Assembly (NCBI GenBank): GCA_964525605.1
Contig: CAZGKT010000012.1
Location: forward strand, 7,771 to 71,770
Source of the DNA: an uncultured bacterium
GTDB lineage: Bacteria; Oederibacteriota; Muellerivitia; Muellerivitales; Muellerivitaceae
Length of the DNA: 64,000 nt
Direction of reading: 5' to 3'
The notes beneath the pieces were generated by a model, which ran no database searches, was not told where the DNA came from, and saw only the letters and a list, made by a program, of their open reading frames with translations. Both the position numbers and the translations under genes were made by a program. Shown piece by piece: positions 17,735 through 27,276 of this stretch; within the stretch, counting starts at the first letter, position 1; the number at the start of each line of letters is the position of its first letter.

Positions 17735-19924
17735 ATGATCCATTTCGACCCAGACCAAAAGATCTTCCGATTGATCTCCGACCGATCGGTTTCGATGATG
17801 GCCGTCCACCCGGCCGGGGGGCTGGGCTTCCTCTATTGGGGGAAGACCCCCGCGCCCGAGGTCGAACAGGGCTTTACCCAGGAATGGGAGGAGAAGACCC
17901 GGGACATCACCCCCAACACCGACCTGAACATGGTCCGGCGGGATTTCGCCGACTTCGGCCACAATGACCTGCGCACCCCGGCTTATCTCGTCGAACTGAA
18001 AGACGGGTCCCGGATCACCGAATTCCATTACCTTTCCCATGAGATCCTCCCAGGAAAACCTGACTTCCCAGGTCTTCCCTCTTCCCAGGTTTTGTCCGAA
18101 GACCAGGTTCAAACGCTCCGTTTAACCCTTATTGACCAGCCCACCGGCCTGGAGATCGACCTCTTCTATACCCTCTATCCCCATCGGGATATGTTGGTTC
18201 GTCGAAGCCGGATTCGAAACAAGGGAACCCAGGCGGTCAAGGTTTTGAAATTCGCGACTTTGGGCCTCGACCTGCCCCCAGAGGACTACCACCTCGTGAG
18301 TTTCGGCGGGGCCTGGGCCCGGGAGCGAATGTTCCAGGAACGCCCCCTGCTCCAGGGGACCGTTCGATTGGAAAGCCGCCGGGGCATCTCGTCCCACGAG
18401 ATGAACCCCTTCGCGATGGTCACGAAGGGCCGTGCGAGCGAGGATCAAGGCGAGGTTTTCGGCTTCGCCCTGGCCTACAGCGGGAACTGGCTCCTGGAGG
18501 CCGAGGTCCATCAAACGGGGTGGCTCCGCCTCAACATGGGCTTGAGCGACTTCGGCTTTCAATGGTTCCTGGCGCCTGGCGAAACCTTCACCGCCCCCGA
18601 ATGCCTGATGGCCTACTCGCCCTCGGGTTTTGACGCCATCAGCCAAACCTATCATTCGTTCGTCCGCGACCGGGTCTGCCGGGGGAAATGGGCCCAAAAA
18701 CCCCGGCCCATCCTCATCAACAATTGGGAAGCCACCTATTTCGATTTCAAACACGAGGATATCCTCCGCATCGCCAAAACCGCCGCGCAAACGGGCGTCG
18801 AAATGATGGTTTTGGACGACGGCTGGTTCGGCAAGCGGGATAAGGACGACAGTTCCCTGGGCGATTGGTTCGTCGATCTTCGAAAGCTCCCCAAAGGGCT
18901 TCCCGCCCTCTCGAAAGAGATCCACGACCTCGGCCTGAAATTCGGTCTTTGGTTCGAACCCGAGATGATTTCGCCCCGGAGCCGGCTCTACGAAAAACAC
19001 CCCGACTGGTGCCTGCATGTGAACGACCGCGAACGAAAGACCGCGCGCAATCAACTAGTGCTGGATATGACCCGCCCAGAAGTACGGGATTACCTTTTCG
19101 ACACGATCGGGCGGGTGTTGGAAGAGACCCAGGTCGATTATGTGAAGTGGGACATGAACCGCTCCCTCACCGAGGTCGGGAGCCCCTCCCTGCCCCCCGA
19201 ACGCCAGGGCGAGGTCACCCATCGGTACTGCCTGGGGGTCTATGAACTCATGGAACGATTAAACAAAAGATTCCCAAATGTTCTCTTCGAAGGCTGCGCG
19301 GGCGGCGGCGGGCGTTTCGACCTGGGGATCTTAAGTTACCAACCCCAGATATGGTCCTCGGACAATATGGATGGTTGGGACCGGCTCCTCATTCAATACG
19401 GAACCAGTTTTTGTTACCCGGCCCTCACCCAGGGCTCCCATATCGGTTCCTCCCCCAATCAAATCACACGGCGGGAATCCCCCTTGAAATGGCGGGCGCT
19501 CCTGGCCATGTCAGCGAACCTGGGGGTGGAAGCGGATATTTCCAAATGGAGTGAGGGGGATAGAAAGGAACTGGCCGGTTATATCTCTCTATATAAGGAG
19601 ATCCGGCCCCTGGTCCAATTCGGGGATTTTCACCGTTTGGAAGCCCCCTATGATTTCGCCCGGACGGCCTGGATGTTTACGAGCCGGGATCAAAAAGAAG
19701 CCCTGCTCTTTATTTTCCAGTCCACCCCGCCACAAGGCCCGGGGGTGAAGCCCGTTTGCCTCAGGGGTTTAGACCCCGCCCTCCTTTACCAAATCAAGGG
19801 TGAGGGAGCGGCGTTCACCGGCGAACACCTGATGTCGGATGGATGGCTGCCGAAGGAATTCCAGACCGGCCGCGTTCCCACGCTTTTCCATGCCGCCCTT
19901 TACCGCCTCCAGGCCGGGAACTAG
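17735..19924 (+). CDS. Alpha-galactosidase, glycoside hydrolase family 36
   Basis: MVLDDGWFGKRDKDDSSLGDW, KFGLWFEPEM, KWDMNR catalytic blocks. 729 aa. Confidence 0.9.
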   Translation: MIHFDPDQKIFRLISDRSVSMMAVHPAGGLGFLYWGKTPAPEVEQGFTQEWEEKTRDITPNTDLNMVRRDFADFGHNDLRTPAYLVELKDGSRITEFHYLSHEILPGKPDFPGLPSSQVLSEDQVQTLRLTLIDQPTGLEIDLFYTLYPHRDMLVRRSRIRNKGTQAVKVLKFATLGLDLPPEDYHLVSFGGAWARERMFQERPLLQGTVRLESRRGISSHEMNPFAMVTKGRASEDQGEVFGFALAYSGNWLLEAEVHQTGWLRLNMGLSDFGFQWFLAPGETFTAPECLMAYSPSGFDAISQTYHSFVRDRVCRGKWAQKPRPILINNWEATYFDFKHEDILRIAKTAAQTGVEMMVLDDGWFGKRDKDDSSLGDWFVDLRKLPKGLPALSKEIHDLGLKFGLWFEPEMISPRSRLYEKHPDWCLHVNDRERKTARNQLVLDMTRPEVRDYLFDTIGRVLEETQVDYVKWDMNRSLTEVGSPSLPPERQGEVTHRYCLGVYELMERLNKRFPNVLFEGCAGGGGRFDLGILSYQPQIWSSDNMDGWDRLLIQYGTSFCYPALTQGSHIGSSPNQITRRESPLKWRALLAMSANLGVEADISKWSEGDRKELAGYISLYKEIRPLVQFGDFHRLEAPYDFARTAWMFTSRDQKEALLFIFQSTPPQGPGVKPVCLRGLDPALLYQIKGEGAAFTGEHLMSDGWLPKEFQTGRVPTLFHAALYRLQAGN

Positions 19925-19950
19925 CTTCCCCTCAATCCGGAGGACGCGGC

Positions 19951-20253
19951 TTAGGCCGTTACGGCCTGGGTCACTTCGGTAGGGGCCTTGGGAAGGGTGA
20001 CCATGGAAGACTCGTCCCACATTTCCGTGACGTTGTTTTCCAACAAGACCAGATAGCCCTTAAATTCCCCCCCGGCCCCTTTGAACGCCGCCGAGGCGAT
20101 GCTCCCCACTTTGTTCGTTCGATAATTACCCACCCGATGATTCAATTCAAAGTGCGTCATGTAGCCTTCGTTGTAAGACATAAGCCCTCCCGTTTTGATC
20201 GTTTTTATCTCAAAAAAATCCGCCGCGATCCGGGAAGAAAATAAGGTTGTCAT
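19951..20253 (-). CDS. Hypothetical small protein (lower-GC gene)
   Basis: 101-aa frame from MTTLFSSRIAADFFEIKTIKTGG...; AT-rich codons unlike its neighbours. The track ORF (to 20619) overlaps the hlyIII start and is trimmed. No recognisable motif. Confidence 0.3.
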   Translation of the reverse strand: MTTLFSSRIAADFFEIKTIKTGGLMSYNEGYMTHFELNHRVGNYRTNKVGSIASAAFKGAGGEFKGYLVLLENNVTEMWDESSMVTLPKAPTEVTQAVTA

Positions 20254-20410
20254 CTGTTTTCTTGAGTGGACCCATCCATCGAGTACGTTGAATTCAGGAT
20301 AGGGTGACCCAGGGGCCGCTTCAAGCGAACATCCAACTATATTGTCGTAAATTTCAGGTGCTAAGATGTTGGAGAAACCCGATGCCCCTTTAACCCGAAA
20401 GAAGCCTTTC

Positions 20411-21079
20411 ATGAACCCGGTCTCCACCCGCCCCGCCCCTGCGGGGTATACCCCCGGCGAGGAACTCGCCAACGGCATCACCCACGGCGTCGCCGCCCTC
20501 TTGACCTGCGCCGGGGCGGCGGTTTTGATCACCCTGGCCGCCCTCACGGGAAACGCCTGGCATATTGTCAGTTTCAGCGTCTTTTCGGGCGCCTTGATTT
20601 TGCTTTTCGTCTTTTCCACGCTCTACCACAGTTTCCAATCGCCGCGGGTCAAATACGTTTTCGAGGTTTTGGACCATTCGGCCATCTTTCTCGTCATCGC
20701 GGGAACCTATACGCCCCTGACCCTTGTCACCCTGCACGGGGTCCTGGGTTGGACCTTATTCGGCGTGGTTTGGGGTTTGGCGGCGGCGGGGATCGTGATG
20801 AAGGCCTTTTTCACCGGGCGCTTCCGCCTGGTTTCCACCCTGCTCTACCTGGGGATGGGCTGGATGATCCTGGCGGCGGGAAAACCACTCGTCGCTTCCC
20901 TGCCGTCCGGGGGACTGACGCTTTTAATCGCGGGAGGGGTTTTCTACAGCCTGGGAACCATCTTCTACCTTTGGAAAAAACTGCCCTACCATCACGCCGT
21001 CTGGCATCTTTTCGTTTTCGCGGGCGCCCTTTGCCACTACTTCACCCTTTTGTTTTACGTTTTGCCTCAAAAGGTCTGA
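20411..21079 (+). CDS. Hemolysin-III / PAQR family membrane protein
   Basis: GEELANGITHGVAALL N-terminal block. Seven hydrophobic spans. ...HAVWHLFVFAGALCHY C-terminal His motif. Alternative start at 20366. Confidence 0.8.
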   Translation: MNPVSTRPAPAGYTPGEELANGITHGVAALLTCAGAAVLITLAALTGNAWHIVSFSVFSGALILLFVFSTLYHSFQSPRVKYVFEVLDHSAIFLVIAGTYTPLTLVTLHGVLGWTLFGVVWGLAAAGIVMKAFFTGRFRLVSTLLYLGMGWMILAAGKPLVASLPSGGLTLLIAGGVFYSLGTIFYLWKKLPYHHAVWHLFVFAGALCHYFTLLFYVLPQKV

Positions 21080-21125
21080 GCGCGGGAAAAATTTCCACGT
21101 CGTTTCGTGGGTCCGCCCGGCCGAT

Positions 21126-23090
21126 TTATTTCAGCGATTTGGGAACCGTTCCCTGCGGAGGCAGAACCTGCAAGCCGTTGGAGACCATCAGGCTCTCCAG
21201 GTCCGATTTTTTCCAGTAGGAAATTCCGTTGGTTTTTTTAGCTTCCGAATCCATGACCTGGTAATACGGGGTTCCGTCCTTGCCGGTAAAGGCTTTCGAC
21301 ACCGCGATCCAGTGGGACCAGCTGGCCTGGGGATTGGCCACCTGATTGGAAATGCGAACCACGACCGGTCTTGGGTTTTGGGCTAAGGCCGCCGGGATAT
21401 CCTTGACCGGCACCGCGTTAATATCGCCCAGGGCGCGGGCGGATTGGAGCATGTCAAACCCGGTGAGTCCCCCCAGTTTCGTCACTTCAAGATCGGGGCT
21501 TTTGAGCACGCTCACCGGCAGGGAATAATCGGTCCGAACCTTGCCCAGGGCGACGGCGGCGGCGACTCCGTAAGGGGTTTCGGCGGCGTTGGCGAGGGCG
21601 AAAATGCCGCAGTCCAGGTTGTTTTGCAGGCCGGCCGCCACCTGGTTGGAGCCCTTCCCTTTTTTGGCCGCCTTCGCCAGGGCCGCGTACTCGGCTTCAC
21701 TCCGGTCGAGCGTTTTGTCGTTGTACAGCTTCGTCGCGGCGTCGCCGGTGACGGGAGTCACGGCGGACGGGTTGTCAAAGATCGGCGCCGTTTCGTAGAT
21801 GGTGACCGCCTTGCTCATATAACGGTTGATCTCATCCTGGCTGGCCCCCGCCGCCTTCAACCGCGCGGCGCCCAGGTCGTTGTAAAACTGTTTTTCCTTC
21901 TTCTGATTCGCGTTGTACCTTTGAATCAGGTCCTTTTTCTTGGCTTCGGGCAAACTTTGGAAATTCGCCGCGTCCTGGATGATGCGGGCCTTCTCGGCGG
22001 TGATATCCTTCTGGGTGTTGATGAATGGTTCCGCCTGGCCGGGACTCAGGTCGGGCTGCAAGGCGGCGCCCGAGAGGGGGAAATTTTCATCGGCCGGGCT
22101 GTTCGCTCCGCCCGTCCCTCCCTCGCCGGTTTCAGGGCCGGTTCCGGTCGCGGTCTCCCCTCCCGGCAGGCTTAAATTCGGCACCACTCCGTTGGGCGTG
22201 TCAAACCCCAGGTTGCTTTCGGCCTTCATATCCTCCAGCGAGGGTTGGTTCAGGGCATCGGGTCCGGTGACGGCGTTTTGCTGGAGTTGATACATGCCTT
22301 TCCCCCCCGGCATGTCATACCCGTCCCCGTTCGTCCCGCCGGCCGTGAAAAAGGGATTGCGCCCCTCGCCGGGTGAGCCCAGGTTCGATTTGGATTTTCC
22401 CAGTTTTTTGTCCATCTCCTCGGCGAGATAGCCCCTGTAGGCGATCGCGACATACTTAAAAACCGTGGGGTTGAGGTTATGGATCAGGTTGTAGCCGGCC
22501 CCCAGGACGAACACCGAGGCCATGACCAGTTTACGAAGGGCTTCCCGGGCCTTCCCCGAGAGCGGGTCGCCCAATTCATAATCCAGGCTTTCGGCGATCG
22601 GCCTTCCCTTCACCGCGCCCAACCTGATTTCGCATTCACACTCGATGTTTTTTTTCGGGCCCAGCGCCCTCAATAACCGTTTCTGGTCCTTGTCCCGCAG
22701 TCTCAGGGAGCCGTTGGTGGGAAGCAGACGCTTATCCCTGCTTTCTTGACCGCCCTGAATCAGGGTGTGAAACCGGCCGTTGGCGTCGGCCAGGGCCGCG
22801 TCGCCGGCGATCGGCTGTAAAACCAGGACATCGTGCGGGCCGAAATGTTTTCGAGGCAGGGCGGTTCCAAAACCGGAGGGAAGCAATCCCAGGACACGGT
22901 AGAGTCCCAGGGGAGTATCTCCAAAGGGAAGAAGCGGATTACGGGTGGGGTTTCCATGGCGAAGGGCGGCGGAAGAATCGGCCCGTCCGCAAATGGGAAA
23001 GGGGCCCGCCAAGCGGCGGCCGTCTTCTTCCAGGTGAACGGTCCCCTCCACATCGCGTTGGGGGGGCAAGGTCACGATCAGTTTGCGCAT
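21126..23090 (-). CDS. Two-domain protein: YkuD (L,D-transpeptidase)-like domain with Ser in place of catalytic Cys + TM + low-complexity spacer + C-terminal papain/transglutaminase-like Cys-His domain
   Basis: TPLGLYRV ... RFHTLIQGG ... NGSLRLRDKDQKRLL lines up with the YkuD TPxGxF ... HGT ... SHGCIRMxNxD core. C-terminus has QNNLDCGIFALA ... SHWIAV. Start chosen at ATG 23090 (GGAGAGGGT immediately upstream); track ORF starts at TTG 23168. Confidence 0.65.
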   Translation of the reverse strand: MRKLIVTLPPQRDVEGTVHLEEDGRRLAGPFPICGRADSSAALRHGNPTRNPLLPFGDTPLGLYRVLGLLPSGFGTALPRKHFGPHDVLVLQPIAGDAALADANGRFHTLIQGGQESRDKRLLPTNGSLRLRDKDQKRLLRALGPKKNIECECEIRLGAVKGRPIAESLDYELGDPLSGKAREALRKLVMASVFVLGAGYNLIHNLNPTVFKYVAIAYRGYLAEEMDKKLGKSKSNLGSPGEGRNPFFTAGGTNGDGYDMPGGKGMYQLQQNAVTGPDALNQPSLEDMKAESNLGFDTPNGVVPNLSLPGGETATGTGPETGEGGTGGANSPADENFPLSGAALQPDLSPGQAEPFINTQKDITAEKARIIQDAANFQSLPEAKKKDLIQRYNANQKKEKQFYNDLGAARLKAAGASQDEINRYMSKAVTIYETAPIFDNPSAVTPVTGDAATKLYNDKTLDRSEAEYAALAKAAKKGKGSNQVAAGLQNNLDCGIFALANAAETPYGVAAAVALGKVRTDYSLPVSVLKSPDLEVTKLGGLTGFDMLQSARALGDINAVPVKDIPAALAQNPRPVVVRISNQVANPQASWSHWIAVSKAFTGKDGTPYYQVMDSEAKKTNGISYWKKSDLESLMVSNGLQVLPPQGTVPKSLK

Positions 23091-23124
23091 ACCCTCTCCC
23101 CAGGCCGTTAAATGGATGTATTTG

Positions 23125-26100
23125 TCACAATTGTATGTTTTTTCGTCCGCCCTTTCCATTTTTTTCAAGCCCTAAAATCTCCGCATAGCGCCGGACCATC
23201 AAATCCATCGTAAATTTTTCGTTAACGATCCTTCGGCTGGCCTTGCCAAAGAGTTCTCGTTTCGCCCGATTCGTGAGCAATAGGCGGACCTGGTGGGCCA
23301 TTTCCCGGGGATCGGTATCGGAAACCAAATAGCCGTTCACGCCCGTCTGAACCTGTTCTGCCGTTCCGCCGTGTTTCGTGGCGACAATGGGCAGGCCCAG
23401 GCTCATGGCTTCCAGCGAGGCGTTGGGCGACCCATGATCCGTGCCGAGCAGGAGAAAAACCTGGAACTCCCGCAGGTAGGGCGCCACGTTGCCCTGGTGC
23501 CCCGCGAATTCCATGTTGGCGACGCCCATTTCTCCCGCCCGCCGGTGGATGAATTTCCAGTATTCCTCGTACTTGGGGTTTCCCGCTCCCACCAGTTTCA
23601 ACCTCACGCCGGGCAGGCGCCGGTTGAGCGCGGCGAGCATATCGACTAGAAACTCGATGCGTTTACTGGGCAAAATTCGACAGCAGGTTCCGATGATCCA
23701 ATCCCGCCCCGCCTTCCCTTCCGCTTCTCCCCCGGGTCCGCCTGCCGTTGCGCCCGAGAGATCCGGCACCCCGTTGGGAATGACCGAAAGCTTTCGGCCC
23801 GGCATCCGGATGCCGGGGGGATACCCGCCCTCGTATTTGGAGATGAAATGGTCGAGGCGGTGGAAATAATCTTTCCCGTCCAGGGCGATACGCTGTTGGA
23901 AGTCGGCCGCGTTCTGGATATCCGCGAAGAGCCAGGGGCCCGGGCTGACGTCGATCAGGCGCACCCGGCCTGGAGGGAGGATCTTGGCGAGCAGTAATTT
24001 CACCTTCGCCTCCACGTTCCAAAAAACCAGCGTTCCGATTCCCAAATGCCGGACCATGGAAAGGATCTGTTCGACCCGGTTCAGGTAGGTTCGGGCCGAG
24101 CGCATGGAAAACACGGGCACGCCCGCCGATTCCAGTTCTTCAAGGAAAGGCTGGTGGTTGATCGATTGGATCACCCCCAGCCAGGTGCGCCCCTCCCGGG
24201 GCAGGCGGCAGAGGAGATTCACCAGCGATCTCGGCGATCCCCCCAGGTTCAGGTTGTCGGTTAAAAAAAGAATCCCGGGTTTGTCCGGGGTTTCCGGGTA
24301 TAGGGCCGGCATGCCGTATTGCCCCAGGTAACTCCACAGCCGGGGAACCAGGTCCGCGTCCGGCGGCCGGACCGGGACCAGCCTTTGTCCCCTCGACAGA
24401 ACCTGGACGATCCCCTTGACGTAAGCTCCGATGTCCGCCGTATCCTTCACAATGACCGCCTCGGGAGGCAGGCATTCCCGGTTCCCCCCCGCGTCGGCGG
24501 AAACGATGGGGCAACCGGCGTGAACCGCCTCCAGCGTGGCAACGCTCAAGCCCTCATATAGACTCGTATTCAAGAAGACATCAAAGGCCGCGTAATAGGG
24601 CCCCACATCCTTGACCGGTCCGGGCGTGAGCAGGTCCGGCATCACTCCCAGGTCCAGCGCCTGCTTGCAGGTCGCCTCATAGGTCACCCGGCCGTTTCCC
24701 CATTGATGGTCCCACCCGCCCAGGATCATGAGTTTGGCGTTCTGGTGCCGGCGGATTTCGGCCAACACCCTCACGGCGCGGGTGTAGGCTTTCTGGGTCT
24801 TGAATTCCCCCACCATGCCGATGAGCAGGGTGTTCTCGGGGATCGAATGGAGATCCCGGATTTTCTGGCGCTGGGCCAGCAGATCCTCGGGGGTGAACCA
24901 TCTTTGCAATTCATGGCGCACCGCCACGACCGGTTTGGGGCATTTTGCCGCGCGCAGCTGCTCGGCCACGTCCTGTGAAACGGCCGCCACGTAAGGCACA
25001 TGGGGATCATCAAATTCGGCCGGGGCGTTTTGCCAGGAAGGCTTGGAATTCTGAATGACCGGTATGGTGATGACGCCGTAGCGCCACAGGGCCTTCAAGT
25101 AGGGCATGTGGATCATGTGGGTAAAGACCACCGGGGTGGGCGAGGCCAGGATCTCAAAGGCCGCCATCCGCATCTTGGATTCCAGGTCGAGGGAGTGGAG
25201 CCGGTAAACCCGCCTCTGGGGATCGCCTTTATAATCGTAAGAAGGTTTCACGTCCGCCAGGATGAAAAGCTTGGACGTGACCGGGTTTTTCCCCAGGCCC
25301 TGCAGGGTTTCAATCACGCTCCGTTCGGCCCCTCCCCGCGCCAGACTCGGAAGCATCAGGTTGATATGGTGGGAGTGGGATATTTCGGGAGTGACCGGCT
25401 GGCGCACCTCGGAGGTTGAAATCTGCACGGGCATGGGAGGAATTTCCGGCGAGGGGGCGGGGGTTTGGTTTTCCTCCTGCGCCGGTGGAGCCGAATCCAC
25501 CAACCCATATTGTTCATAAAGATGTCCAAGGGTCGATTCGGCCGGGACCGAGTCCTTGTTGGGCGCCTCCTCCACGCATTTCACACCCCGGTATTTGCCT
25601 TCGTCCATCGCCAGGGTGCGCCACATTTCGTTGATCCAGTGGATGGCGTGCCATTCTTCCGGGATGGGTTCTTCCCGCTCGATGAAGGGCAGAATGATCT
25701 TTTCCCACTTGTCCTCGTTGCAGATCCCCGGAAGGATGAACCGGTCCAACTTCAACTTGCGCACGTTGCGGGAAAGCACGCGGTTGGGCATCAGCCAGGC
25801 GCTTTTCTCGTCGGCGTCCCGCCATACCTGCTCGTAGGTCATCTTCATCAACCGGCTCTTGGGGGGGCATTTCATGATGTTTCCCACTACCCCTACCCGG
25901 TGCGGGCGGAAGACGTACTTCCCGGGAAAATTCAGGGGTTTCAGGCAGGTCACGTCCATATCCACCCAATACCCGCCCTTCTCATATAGAAGCTTGAAGC
26001 GAAACAGGTCCGAAAAGGGCGCGCCTACGCTCCCCCGGCCCACGCCGGTCTCCGGATCGATCTCCTTCTTATAGAAGATCTTGTCCTTGGGGATGATTTC

Positions 26101-27276
26101 GGACGCGTCCTCCAAGATGACTTCCGGCGGCAGGGGCGTCTCCAAATCGTCGTAAAGCCAAAGGTGAAACTCGTGTCCGTGTTTGAGGAAGGAACGAATC
26201 GTCAGCTCTTCAAGCTTGGAAAGCCGGTTGCCGATCCAAAGCCCATGCACCACCCGGTTGGCGGGGGTCAAACGACCCAGGACCATTCGGCCAGGGGCCG
26301 TTCGGCCCTTTGGTTTCACCTTCGCTCCGGTTTTCCTTTTCATCGGAGCCCCCGCCCGCAACAGAGCTTCCGCGTCGTCCCAATTTTTCCAACCCCTGCG
26401 CCGGACCCCCCCATTGATGAAATGGATCAATTTCGGGGTGGGCTTGGTTTTATGGGGACGAAGGCTGTAGGTGTCCTGGAAGGGAATTTGTTTTCCCGGA
26501 AGGGATTGCCGGTTTTTCAGGGGCGTCCCCTCGTGGCAATCCAGGATGAAGTTGTACTCGCGCGGCAGGGTCGGCGTCTTTTGAAGACCCAGTTTCCAGG
26601 CCGCCGCCACCAGGGTGCCCTGGTCACGGGTTTTCCAGTAGGGATCGTTGAAAATCTCGCGGGTATACCGGTTCCAAAGGTCCAACAGGGGTTTAGATTC
26701 CCGCTTAAAGACGAACAATCCCCCGTTCCAGTGAGCCCAGGACGGGTCCTTGACGGAGACATTGAATTTCTTTTGAATCGCTTGGACCAGGTGATCGCAT
26801 TGGGACTCCTCGCAACCGCAGTTGACCGCGTACCGGCTGAAGGTCGGCAGGGGGTAGTGGTCCGGGGCGAAGGCGACGCATCCCTTCACGCGGGTGAAGA
26901 TCGAATCCACATCCTTGTTCACCGCGATCACGTCATTGTCCAGGTAACAGCCCACCAGGCCCGGATCCTTCAGGTAACCTTGAATTCCGGTCTTGATCAT
27001 GATGGCCATCTGGTGGTCGTCGAACCCCTCGATGCGGGGAATGTCGATCAATTGGTCGTGGTTGATGGGCGCGCTGATCCCGCATCCGAGGATCACGATG
27101 TCTTTTCGGGAGTACTTTTTCAGGAATTGCAGGGAGATGTTGACTCGTTCGGCGTGCTCATTTCCGCAGACCACATAGACGTAAGTGTGGCGGGAAGGTT
27201 GAAGGCTTTTACGATGGGAAGAGGCGGATTTTTTGGTTGGTTTGACCGATTTTGCCATGCCCGCCCCGTTTTTCAT
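23125..27276 (-). CDS. 1383-aa multi-module glycosyltransferase (GT-A DxD module + GT32-like Gly_transf_sug/Gb3_synth module + two GT4 GT-B modules)
   Basis: Module 1 has DNDVIAV (DxD). Module 2 has LWIGNRLSKLEELTIRSFLKHGHEFHLWLYDD and GYWVDMDV. Module 3 has a GT4 N-half (PSLARGGAERSVIETLQGL) and C-half (LIGMVGEFKTQKAYTRAV...). Module 4 has LGGSPRSLVNLL... and ...SPNASLEAMSLGLPIVATKHGGTAEQV. Confidence 0.85.
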   Translation of the reverse strand: MKNGAGMAKSVKPTKKSASSHRKSLQPSRHTYVYVVCGNEHAERVNISLQFLKKYSRKDIVILGCGISAPINHDQLIDIPRIEGFDDHQMAIMIKTGIQGYLKDPGLVGCYLDNDVIAVNKDVDSIFTRVKGCVAFAPDHYPLPTFSRYAVNCGCEESQCDHLVQAIQKKFNVSVKDPSWAHWNGGLFVFKRESKPLLDLWNRYTREIFNDPYWKTRDQGTLVAAAWKLGLQKTPTLPREYNFILDCHEGTPLKNRQSLPGKQIPFQDTYSLRPHKTKPTPKLIHFINGGVRRRGWKNWDDAEALLRAGAPMKRKTGAKVKPKGRTAPGRMVLGRLTPANRVVHGLWIGNRLSKLEELTIRSFLKHGHEFHLWLYDDLETPLPPEVILEDASEIIPKDKIFYKKEIDPETGVGRGSVGAPFSDLFRFKLLYEKGGYWVDMDVTCLKPLNFPGKYVFRPHRVGVVGNIMKCPPKSRLMKMTYEQVWRDADEKSAWLMPNRVLSRNVRKLKLDRFILPGICNEDKWEKIILPFIEREEPIPEEWHAIHWINEMWRTLAMDEGKYRGVKCVEEAPNKDSVPAESTLGHLYEQYGLVDSAPPAQEENQTPAPSPEIPPMPVQISTSEVRQPVTPEISHSHHINLMLPSLARGGAERSVIETLQGLGKNPVTSKLFILADVKPSYDYKGDPQRRVYRLHSLDLESKMRMAAFEILASPTPVVFTHMIHMPYLKALWRYGVITIPVIQNSKPSWQNAPAEFDDPHVPYVAAVSQDVAEQLRAAKCPKPVVAVRHELQRWFTPEDLLAQRQKIRDLHSIPENTLLIGMVGEFKTQKAYTRAVRVLAEIRRHQNAKLMILGGWDHQWGNGRVTYEATCKQALDLGVMPDLLTPGPVKDVGPYYAAFDVFLNTSLYEGLSVATLEAVHAGCPIVSADAGGNRECLPPEAVIVKDTADIGAYVKGIVQVLSRGQRLVPVRPPDADLVPRLWSYLGQYGMPALYPETPDKPGILFLTDNLNLGGSPRSLVNLLCRLPREGRTWLGVIQSINHQPFLEELESAGVPVFSMRSARTYLNRVEQILSMVRHLGIGTLVFWNVEAKVKLLLAKILPPGRVRLIDVSPGPWLFADIQNAADFQQRIALDGKDYFHRLDHFISKYEGGYPPGIRMPGRKLSVIPNGVPDLSGATAGGPGGEAEGKAGRDWIIGTCCRILPSKRIEFLVDMLAALNRRLPGVRLKLVGAGNPKYEEYWKFIHRRAGEMGVANMEFAGHQGNVAPYLREFQVFLLLGTDHGSPNASLEAMSLGLPIVATKHGGTAEQVQTGVNGYLVSDTDPREMAHQVRLLLTNRAKRELFGKASRRIVNEKFTMDLMVRRYAEILGLEKNGKGGRKNIQL

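Noticed and set aside
18122-19054. 310-aa minus-strand ORF
   Set aside because: It is antisense to the GH36 alpha-galactosidase, whose frame carries clear catalytic motifs.
20366-20619. Mutually overlapping starts of hlyIII (+) and the 222-aa minus ORF
   Set aside because: They cannot both be full length. HlyIII was trimmed to ATG 20411 and the minus ORF to ATG 20253. The longer versions would leave no intergenic promoter space.
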